Assembly (NCBI GenBank): GCA_963825135.1
Contig: CAWGRW010000009.1
Coordinates: 288,001-352,000 of the forward strand
Direction of reading: 5' to 3'
Source: an uncultured bacterium
GTDB lineage: Bacteria > Desulfobacterota_D > UBA1144 > Nemesobacterales > UBA2774
DNA: 64,000 nt
Positions 1-7,625 of the stretch are shown piece by piece. The notes beneath the pieces are model-generated. The model had not been told where the DNA came from and made no database searches. It was given only the letters and a program-made list of their open reading frames with translations. The position numbers were made by a program, and so were the translations under genes. How positions within the stretch are numbered: position 1 is the stretch's first letter; each line of letters begins with the position of its first letter.

Positions 1-837
1 CGTATTTTCCTAAAGTATTTCTGTTGATCACTGCCTTAACTACACGCTTATATGCCGAGACGGTGAGTCGGGTTTAGACCGAAAATCAGGTCGGAAATGT
101 GGGAAAAATAAGTAAAAATAAGTAAACTTGCGGGTTTCAAAAACCTCAAAACCCTAATGTTTCGCTTTTATACTACGTGAAATAATCTAAGTCAAGGCCT
201 ACAAATAACACGATATTTTTATCGAAAATCTAATAAAATACATGGGTTCAGAGATTGCTAAAACAAGCGACAAGATTATCTACAGTTGATTTGATCCCTC
301 TCGCGGATTCAGATATTGTTCGCCTCTGTGGTGTGCCAGTGCTCCAAGTAGCTTCTTTACAGCAATAAGATCCTGCTTCTCTTGCTCACTAGGTAGATCT
401 TCAATGTTATGGTATGGCTGACCATTCTTAGGAAACACTATACTAACAATCTTGCGTTTGGTTTTAGATGGTGTTTTTTTAGGAATAGCTCAATTCACCT
501 TGTATCTGATAATGTAAGTAGCTAAAATGCGGTGTCAATATCTCCACCACGCCGACAAGACGCCTCTGTGGTGTTTAGCTGGAACTCTTACAACTCGGGG
601 TTTTTATAAAGTTCGGACGCGGAAAAAGCGGATTAAGTCCTATTATTTTGGAAATAGCGTGTATGAACTAGGGAGCCTTTAGTTCTATCACCTCAGTGTT
701 TTGTCCCTCAATCAGGTGGAGGTGTAAGCTCCCCTAAAAAGTAGACAGGCGATAAGCAGAACTTTCTGGAACCACCTGCCATTAATCCAGCTTAAGCAAG
801 TCTTTAACATTTCTTATAGAATAATTAATCAAAAGTC

Positions 838-866
838 TTGACTTTACCAAAAATAGACTATATAAT
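838..866 (+). promoter_or_regulatory. Sigma70 promoter for the RHH-integrase operon
   Basis: TTGACT(838-843)-N17-TATAAT(861-866). Confidence 0.75.
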
Positions 867-874
867 ATATAATC

Positions 875-1084
875 ATGGTTCAAAAAAGGCTTAGGCCAAA
901 TCTCATTCATATCTATCTGCATCCAGAAGAAGATAAATTTCTGAAATCCTACGCTGAGAGTAATTATTTCACTGTCTCAGAGCTTATAAGGGGTTGGATT
1001 CATGAAGTTATGAAACGAGATGGTTATGATATTAAAGAGTCATTAGTGCCTGAATTAAAGAAAACTCGTAAGGAGGCAAAATAA
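875..1084 (+). CDS. Small ribbon-helix-helix-like DNA-binding protein (possible regulator or excisionase)
   Basis: 69 aa with beta-strand IHIYL followed by helices (EEDKFLKSYAE...VSELIRGWI). It ends 1 bp before the integrase and contains the integrase SD (AAGGAGG). Confidence 0.6.
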   Translation: MVQKRLRPNLIHIYLHPEEDKFLKSYAESNYFTVSELIRGWIHEVMKRDGYDIKESLVPELKKTRKEAK

Positions 1085-1085
1085 T

Positions 1086-2183
1086 ATGGGAAGTGTTTAT
1101 CTAAGAGGTGGTTCATGGGTTGTTAAATATAAAGACGATAATGGGAACTGGAAGCGTAAGACTCTGGGCCAAGCGCCTGCAATGACGAAAACAATGGCCA
1201 GAGATATACTACGGAAAAAAGAAAGGCAGATTAAGCTCGGTGTATACGATATGTTAGAAACCGTGATACCTACCCTAGCGGACTATTCTAAGGACTATCT
1301 ATCTTATATCAAAGACACCGTAAAAAAACGATCTTGGAAAAGAGACGAGCTATGCTTAAGGCATTTGAAGGCTTTTTTCGGTGACAGGAAGCTATCAAAT
1401 ATCAAACCCCAAGACGTAGACGATTATAAAGCCTCGAGGCTTAATGAGGTCGCTCCGGCAACCGTAAACCGTGAACTGGAGGTATTACGTCATTTGTTCC
1501 ACTTAGCCGATAGATGGAATAAATTTTTCGGTAAGAACCCGGTATCGAGGGCTGGGCTTTTACCCTTGAACAATCAGAAAGAGAGAATCCTTAGCCTTGA
1601 CGAAGAAAAAAGACTCCTTTCCGTTTGTGATACCTATTTACGTAGTATCGTCGTCACAGCCCTATATACTGGCATGAGAAAGGGGGAGATTCTCAGCTTG
1701 AAATGGGAGAACATAGACCTAGATATCAACCTTATTACAATTGACCAGACCAACGCTAAGAGCAAGAAAACAAGACGAATACCCGTTAACTCGGTAATTA
1801 GGGAATTATTATTAGAGCAGAGATTAAAGAGTGCGGGTTGTGAGTATGTATTTCTTAGCTCTAAGGGTACACCATATATGAGACAAGATTCATTAAACAG
1901 AGCGTATTTACTTGCACTCACAAAAGCCGAGATAAAAGGACTAAGATTTCACGATTTGAGACATACTGCTGCTACTAGGTTGATTGAGCTAGGGTACTCC
2001 ATTGTACCCGTGAAGGAGATACTCGGTCATGCGAGTATTAACACGACTATGAGATATGTACACCCAAGCGAATCTTTGAGAACTGCATTAGAGGGACTCA
2101 CGACCTATTTTTCTGACTCACTTGGTCACAAATCAGGTCACACGAACAACAACCAGAGATCGGATGATAACGTAACTTACTGA
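1086..2183 (+). CDS. Tyrosine recombinase / phage-type integrase
   Basis: Motifs TGMRKGE, FHDLRHT and LGHASINTTMRY. Confidence 0.95.
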   Translation: MGSVYLRGGSWVVKYKDDNGNWKRKTLGQAPAMTKTMARDILRKKERQIKLGVYDMLETVIPTLADYSKDYLSYIKDTVKKRSWKRDELCLRHLKAFFGDRKLSNIKPQDVDDYKASRLNEVAPATVNRELEVLRHLFHLADRWNKFFGKNPVSRAGLLPLNNQKERILSLDEEKRLLSVCDTYLRSIVVTALYTGMRKGEILSLKWENIDLDINLITIDQTNAKSKKTRRIPVNSVIRELLLEQRLKSAGCEYVFLSSKGTPYMRQDSLNRAYLLALTKAEIKGLRFHDLRHTAATRLIELGYSIVPVKEILGHASINTTMRYVHPSESLRTALEGLTTYFSDSLGHKSGHTNNNQRSDDNVTY

Positions 2184-2189
2184 GATAAT

Positions 2190-2266
2190 TGGTAGCGGGG
2201 GGAGGATTTGAACCTCCGACCTTCGGGTTATGAGCCCGACGAGCTGCCAAGCTGCTCCACCCCGCG
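2190..2266 (-). tRNA. tRNA-fMet (initiator, CAT)
   Basis: Reverse complement CGCGGGG...CTCATAA...GGTTCAAATCC...CCCGCTACCA, with C1:A72 mismatch, three G-C pairs in the anticodon stem and encoded CCA. Confidence 0.97.
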
Positions 2267-2416
2267 TCTGATTAGGAAGGATAAGGGTATGGGATATTCC
2301 CCCCGCTGTCAAGTTTCGGCCGCGGCACAGGCCGGATTCCTTATTTTCATTGACAATTACCCTTATTAAATATAGATTAAATTATCAGAACGGAGTATTA
2401 CATAACAGGAGAATAG

Positions 2417-2842
2417 ATGATGAAAAGGTTAAGCGCATTCTTCTTTACGGCGGCCCTGATTCTTTCGGTTTCGGTGCTGGCCGGATGCAAGAACGAGGAC
2501 AAAACTCAGGAAGCCCCAAAGACCGATTCCGAGCTTGCGCAGACACAAAAAGAGCTCGCACAGATAAAGCAGGACAGCACCGAGCTCGATAAATACGTCA
2601 CTAACCTCAAAACGGAAATAAACGACCTCAAGATCGAAAACCAGAGACTAATCGCCCAGACGAAGAGACTCGAAGCCGAGATAATCGACCTCAAGCTGGA
2701 CCTCGGGCAGGTACCCGGCTCGGATTCCGCGAATATGCTGGATAAGGACGCGGAGCCCAAGGACGCGTCGAACAACGCGGGAACGGCGGAGAACCAGCCA
2801 GCGGCTCAAACCCCGCCCGACGGGACCAAGAGCGCCGAATAA
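2417..2842 (+). CDS. Coiled-coil lipoprotein of unknown function
   Basis: Signal peptide with lipobox LAGC and heptad repeats. TTGACA-N17-TAGATT promoter at 2350-2378. Confidence 0.8.
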   Translation: MMKRLSAFFFTAALILSVSVLAGCKNEDKTQEAPKTDSELAQTQKELAQIKQDSTELDKYVTNLKTEINDLKIENQRLIAQTKRLEAEIIDLKLDLGQVPGSDSANMLDKDAEPKDASNNAGTAENQPAAQTPPDGTKSAE

Positions 2843-2902
2843 ACCCGCCCCCATTCGAAGCATGGGTTGTCAGCCGGGCGAATCAGAACAAAATCAGCTT
2901 TT

Positions 2903-3766
2903 TCAAGATGTTACTGTCTTAAATTCGAGTATCCTGTCAAGCCTGAAGGTACACCTCTCCTTTCTCAGATGACAGAACGCGTGGATGTACGTGCTTTCCT
3001 TTGTAACGCTTATATCATAGGGCTCTATGACGCGGGTGGTGGTCTCCTCGTTATACGCGGATAAGTACTTTATCCTGAGCTTACCCTTTACCCTGAGGGC
3101 CTGCTCGATTTCGGGCGGGAGCACGAGCTCCCTCGAGCTTTCGAGCTCGACCGACTTGCCCTGGAGCTTCATAACGTCCTTGAGCCTTTTGAGCCTTATG
3201 CCCCTCCTGCCGAGATCGGTGAGGAAATACTGGAAGACGTCCCTGGTCGTCATGACGTCGGCAAGCGCCCTGTGCCCGATGTCCGCGGGGAGGCCGATAT
3301 ATTTCGCTATCTGCCCGAGGCTGTTGCTCGGGAACGTGTAGTACCTCCTCGCTATGCCGAGCGTGTCTATCACGTTATTTTCTGGAAGGGCCATTCTGAG
3401 GTTCCCAAGCTCGGCGCTCAGGAACCCGAGGTCGAACTTCGCGTTATGAGCGACGATCACCGAGTCCTTTATCGCCGCGAGCAGGTCCCCGGCTATGTCC
3501 CTGAAAAACGGGGACCTCCTCACCATCATATCCGTTATCCCGTGCACCGACACCGCGCTCAGCGGTATGGACCTGCCGGGATTCACGAGCGTAGTAAACT
3601 CGCTCACGATATTTCCGTTTACGGTCTTTATCACGGCTATCTCGCATACCCTGTCCCCCTGCGAGGGGTCAAGACCTGTTGTTTCTACGTCGAGGAAAGC
3701 GAAAGGCACTTCGGAAGGGCTCTGGTAAAGCACGGCGTACTCCTTATGGAGTATAAATAGTACCAC
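2903..3766 (-). CDS. DEDDh 3'-5' exonuclease (DnaQ-like) fused to a C-terminal WYL domain
   Basis: LDVETTG, AHNAKFD and HRALAD motifs, then WYL-type YLS...TTRVIEPY...YIHAFCHLRKERCTFRLDRI. Confidence 0.85.
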   Translation of the reverse strand: MVLFILHKEYAVLYQSPSEVPFAFLDVETTGLDPSQGDRVCEIAVIKTVNGNIVSEFTTLVNPGRSIPLSAVSVHGITDMMVRRSPFFRDIAGDLLAAIKDSVIVAHNAKFDLGFLSAELGNLRMALPENNVIDTLGIARRYYTFPSNSLGQIAKYIGLPADIGHRALADVMTTRDVFQYFLTDLGRRGIRLKRLKDVMKLQGKSVELESSRELVLPPEIEQALRVKGKLRIKYLSAYNEETTTRVIEPYDISVTKESTYIHAFCHLRKERCTFRLDRILEFKTVTS

Positions 3767-3818
3767 GAAAGACCGGTTTTAAAAAAGAGCTCAAGAAATA
3801 AGGATACGGTGTCCGGCG

Positions 3819-4754
3819 TTAGACCGGCACTCCCCGGAAAGCCCCGGTAAGGCTGTCCCCGCCTTTATCGAGAATGGCCTCCGCCAGCCTGCGGCCTATG
3901 GCCTCGGCTTCCCCGGCGCCGCCCGAGGCTTGATCCCTTATGACAGTAACCCCGTCAGGCGATGCGAGAATACCAGTGACCCTGACCGAATCCCCATCCG
4001 TCTCCGCGTAACACCCGGCCGGGATATTGCAGTCCCCGCCGAGCCTCCTGAGAAAGGCCCTCTCGGCCTCCCCGGCCGTCCACGTCTCGCCGTGATTGAC
4101 GGCGGAGATAATATCCCTAGTCCCCCTGTCCCCCTCCCTGCATTCCAGGGCGATTATCCCCTGACCCGGAGCGGGAACCATCACATCGGCGGGGATTATC
4201 TCGCTCGCCTCCCCGAAAAGACCCATGCGTCCGAGTCCCGCCGCCGCGAGCAGTATCGCGTCGTATTCCTCCCCGTCCCGGAGCTTCCTCAGCCTCGTAT
4301 CCACGTTCCCCCTGATGGGCACTATGCTGAGCCCCGGCATGCGGTTAAGGAGCTGAGCGCCCCTCCTGAGGCTCCCGGTCCCGACCCTCGCCCCCTCGGG
4401 AAGGTCCGCGAGTCTCAGATTATCCCTGGATACGAGCGCGTCCCTCGGGTCGTGCCTCTTCGCTACCGCCCCGATACAAAGGCCGTCCGGGAGAATCGCC
4501 GGGAGGTCCTTCATGCTGTGGACGGCGATGTCCACCGCTTCTGACAGGAGCGCTTCCTCTATCTCCTTGACGAACACCCCTTTTCCGCCTATCTCGGAGA
4601 GGGGGGAATCGAGGTTCCTGTCACCTGTAGTTTTTATGATATGGATTTCCGGCATGAGCCCCGGAAAGGCTTCGAGGAGGAGGTCCTTTATGTAATTCGC
4701 CTGCCACAGCGCAAGCAGGCTCCCCCTAGTTCCAATCCTGAATGGTCGATTCAT
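3819..4754 (-). CDS. hemC: Hydroxymethylbilane synthase (porphobilinogen deaminase)
   Basis: IGTRGSLLALWQA, GGKGVFVKE, AVHSMKD, GTGSLRR, RGNVDTRL. Confidence 0.97.
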   Translation of the reverse strand: MNRPFRIGTRGSLLALWQANYIKDLLLEAFPGLMPEIHIIKTTGDRNLDSPLSEIGGKGVFVKEIEEALLSEAVDIAVHSMKDLPAILPDGLCIGAVAKRHDPRDALVSRDNLRLADLPEGARVGTGSLRRGAQLLNRMPGLSIVPIRGNVDTRLRKLRDGEEYDAILLAAAGLGRMGLFGEASEIIPADVMVPAPGQGIIALECREGDRGTRDIISAVNHGETWTAGEAERAFLRRLGGDCNIPAGCYAETDGDSVRVTGILASPDGVTVIRDQASGGAGEAEAIGRRLAEAILDKGGDSLTGAFRGVPV

Positions 4755-6051
4755 CTTCCTCTTCCTCGGCGATCAGCATGATTTCGGTCTCGAGCTCGAA
4801 CAGCTTCTTGACCGAATCCACGTACAGCGCCCCGAGAGAGGTCGATGCCTCTTTCTTCAGATTTGTGAGCGGGCCGTGGAGGATCTTGCCTATGATGCGG
4901 GACGCCATAAGCCTGATCACTTCCTTTTCCTTGTCGGAATAATTCTCGAGCTTCGCGAGCGCCCACTCGACTTCACTCTTCTTGATGTGCTCGAACCTCT
5001 TCTTGAGGTCTATTATGGCGGGAACCACTTTCAGGCCGTTGAGCCATGCCTCAAACGCCTTCTCCACTTCTATAACTATTTCCTCGGCCTTCTCGGCGTT
5101 CTCTTTCCTGGACTTGATGTTCTCGTCGAGCACGCTGCCAAGGTCGTCTATGTCGTAGAGGTAAATATCGGAAAGCTCCCCGATCCTGGGGTCTATATCT
5201 CGGGGCACGGCTATGTCGATCATGAACATTGGCTCGTTGTTCCTGAGCTTGAGCGCTTCCTTCACGTGGTGGGGCTTGATGATAAATTCCTGGGAGCCCG
5301 ACGCGGTTATTACGATGTCCACGTCCTTCAGGCAGTAAAACACCTCTTCGAACATTATGGGCTTCCCGTTCAGCTTCTCAGCGAGCTGAGCTGCGTTCTC
5401 GAAGTTCCTGCTCGCGATTATCAGCTCTCCGACGCCCGCCTTGATGAGGTTCTTCGCTGCGAGCTCCCCCATCTCGCCCGTCCCGATGAGCAGCACCTTC
5501 CTCCGCGTGAGCTTGTCGAATATCCTCTTCGCGAGCTCTACGGCCACATAACTCACGGAAACGGCCCTCGAGCCGATCCCTGTTTCGGTCCTTACCCTCT
5601 TGGCGACGAAAAACGACGAATGAGCAAGCCTGTTGAGTATCAGCCCGGCCGTGCCCTTCAGCACGGCGGATTTATAGGCCTGTTTCAGCTGACCCAGTAT
5701 CTGCGGCTCGCCCACGACCATCGAGTCTATGCCGGACGCTACCTTGTAGAGATGCCTGACGGCCATATGGCCTATAGATACGTAAAGATAAGGAGAGAAT
5801 ACGTCTTTCGGAATCGAGTGGAACTCGGATAGAAATTCCTTCGCGCTCTCGACAGAGCCTTCGGCGTTCTCGGAGACCGCGTAAACCTCCACCCTGTTGC
5901 AGGTGGATACGATCATGCATTCTTCGATGTGGTTTTTTGAGAAAAGCCAGGTGAGCCCGTCTTCCAGCCCTTCCCGGGTGAAAGAGAAGCGCTCCCTGAT
6001 CTCTACAGGGGCGGTCTTGTGGCTGAGTCCGACTACTATAATGCGCTGCAT
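4726..6051 (-). CDS. hemA: Glutamyl-tRNA reductase
   Basis: GLSHKTAP, STCNRVE, SMVVGEPQILGQ, DIAVPRD. Confidence 0.97.
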   Translation of the reverse strand: MQRIIVVGLSHKTAPVEIRERFSFTREGLEDGLTWLFSKNHIEECMIVSTCNRVEVYAVSENAEGSVESAKEFLSEFHSIPKDVFSPYLYVSIGHMAVRHLYKVASGIDSMVVGEPQILGQLKQAYKSAVLKGTAGLILNRLAHSSFFVAKRVRTETGIGSRAVSVSYVAVELAKRIFDKLTRRKVLLIGTGEMGELAAKNLIKAGVGELIIASRNFENAAQLAEKLNGKPIMFEEVFYCLKDVDIVITASGSQEFIIKPHHVKEALKLRNNEPMFMIDIAVPRDIDPRIGELSDIYLYDIDDLGSVLDENIKSRKENAEKAEEIVIEVEKAFEAWLNGLKVVPAIIDLKKRFEHIKKSEVEWALAKLENYSDKEKEVIRLMASRIIGKILHGPLTNLKKEASTSLGALYVDSVKKLFELETEIMLIAEEEEDESTIQDWN

Positions 6052-6126
6052 CCCGAGTTGGCCCTTTTATCAGTGTCTCAGGCTTAATTATATACAAGCT
6101 ATGGATTATTTCTATCCCGTCCGGGA

Positions 6127-6681
6127 TCAGACGTGTTTGCCTATGAAACTCAGGAATTCGCTCCTGGTCCTTTCGTCCTTCTTAAAGGCCCCGCGCATCG
6201 AGCTCGTCAGCATGCTTGCATCGGCCTTCATTATCCCCCTCATAGCCATGCACAGGTGCCGGGCCTCGGCCACCACGGCAACCCCGAGAGGGTTCAGGAC
6301 CTCCATGAGGAAGTCCGCTATCTCCGCGGTCATCCTCTCCTGCACCTGGAGCCTCCTCGAGAACACCTCAACGATCCTTGGTATCTTGCTCAGCCCCACT
6401 ATCTTTCCGTTCGGTATATACCCCACGCTGCAGCTGCCGAAGAACGGGAGCATGTGGTGCTCGCAGAGGCTGTAGAACTCAATGTCCTTCACCACCACCA
6501 TTTCGTCGTATTTTATATCGAACAGGGCCTCGTTGATAATCGCGTAGGGGGAGGCCCTGTACCCGGCGGTAAGCTCCTTGAACATGTCCGCCATTCTCCC
6601 GGGCGTGTCGCGGAGACCCTGCCTCTCCGGGTCTTCTCCTATATCAATGAGTATCTCCCTAACTGCCTTCTCAACGCTCAT
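6127..6681 (-). CDS. folE: GTP cyclohydrolase I
   Basis: SLCEHHMLPF, GLSKIPR, RRLQVQER, HLCMAMRG. Start placed at MSVEKAV, overlapping the upstream gene end. Confidence 0.95.
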   Translation of the reverse strand: MSVEKAVREILIDIGEDPERQGLRDTPGRMADMFKELTAGYRASPYAIINEALFDIKYDEMVVVKDIEFYSLCEHHMLPFFGSCSVGYIPNGKIVGLSKIPRIVEVFSRRLQVQERMTAEIADFLMEVLNPLGVAVVAEARHLCMAMRGIMKADASMLTSSMRGAFKKDERTRSEFLSFIGKHV

Positions 6682-7102
6682 ACGGATAACCCTCCTCATC
6701 GAAAAATTCGAAATAGCTGCTCGACGTCTCGCTAAGCCTGAGATGGACGAGCCTTTCGCGAAGACTCCGCCCGAGCCTCTCCCAAAGGTATTCCGCGATG
6801 TTCTCACCGGTCGGCTGCCGCTCGGTGAAATACGGCACTTCGATGTCGAGCCTCTTGTAATCGAGCTCCCCGATTGCGTCTCCCACGGTCCTGTCCAGCT
6901 CTTCCGGGCTTATTACCATTCCCGTACCGGCGTCGATTGAGCCCGCGACCCTGACCTCGAGATAATAATCGTGTCCGTGCCCGTTCGGGTTCGAGCATGT
7001 ATCGAATATCCTCAAGTTTTCCTCGTCCGAGAGACCCTTAATGCAGAGCCTGTGAGCGGCGGAAAACCGGTACCTCTTCGTCAAGGACACCAATTCCTTT
7101 AT
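6671..7102 (-). CDS. 6-pyruvoyl-tetrahydropterin synthase family protein (PTPS/QueD fold), Cx5HGH type
   Basis: FSAAHRL, CSNPNGHGHDY, TGENIA, SETSSS. Start is uncertain (ATA 7102, TTG 7093 or GTG 7090). Confidence 0.9.
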   Translation of the reverse strand: MKELVSLTKRYRFSAAHRLCIKGLSDEENLRIFDTCSNPNGHGHDYYLEVRVAGSIDAGTGMVISPEELDRTVGDAIGELDYKRLDIEVPYFTERQPTGENIAEYLWERLGRSLRERLVHLRLSETSSSYFEFFDEEGYPYER

Positions 7103-7527
7103 GATTGCTCCCTCCGGTAATCGACGTAGAGGTCGGGCGTCTCGTACAGCCTTATCCTGTAGAGCCGGCATCCGGGATTCCCGCCGAGCCTGTCCTCGAA
7201 GATCTCCCAGAACACGCGCGCGATATTCTCGGTCGTCGGTATGAGCCCGACGAAACGGGGGTTGTCGTCGTTCAAATGCTTGTGGTCAAACCCGGTCAGC
7301 ACGTCCTTCATGATGGTCTTGAGATCGTAGAGGTTTATTATCATTCCCGTTTCGGGATCGACTTCGCCCTCGACAGTGACTTCGAGGCTGTAGTTATGAC
7401 CGTGACCGTAAGGCCCCGCCGACTTCCCGAACGCCTCCCGGTTCTTCTCCTCGCTCCACTCCGGGTTCCAGTACCGGTGAGAGGCGGAAAATTCCATTTT
7501 CTTCGTGAGCAGCTTCTTGTAACCCAT
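7099..7527 (-). CDS. Second PTPS/QueD-fold protein, catalytic Cys replaced by Ser
   Basis: FSASHRY, SAGPYGHGHNY, DPETGM, PTTENIA, LYETP. Confidence 0.9.
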   Translation of the reverse strand: MGYKKLLTKKMEFSASHRYWNPEWSEEKNREAFGKSAGPYGHGHNYSLEVTVEGEVDPETGMIINLYDLKTIMKDVLTGFDHKHLNDDNPRFVGLIPTTENIARVFWEIFEDRLGGNPGCRLYRIRLYETPDLYVDYRREQS

Positions 7528-7625
7528 CGGAAATCGCCCTGTATACGGCGACCGATTAGGATAGCATAGTTAATTGACGGTACCAACTTCCTTTAGAGGG
7601 ATGAGTGAGGTAACCTTTTTTAGAC

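Larger units (their letters stand above)
1..2189. mobile_element. Right end of a tRNA-integrated element (prophage/ICE-like island), truncated by the window start
   Basis: AT-rich segment that ends at the tRNA-fMet 3' end. The integrase stops 6 bp from the tRNA CCA. GGTCACA direct repeats at 2124 and 2136 resemble arm-type sites. Confidence 0.8.

Noticed and set aside
280..490. Open minus-strand frame of about 69 codons (…FPKNGQPYHNIEDLPSEQEKQDL…)
   Set aside because: No convincing start or recognisable motif, so it cannot be supported as a gene.
4876..5832. Long antisense and alternate-frame ORFs (e.g. 4876-5832, 10847-11872, 53772-54755, 50697-51590)
   Set aside because: Shadow ORFs of GC-rich genes with strong third-position bias and no protein motifs.
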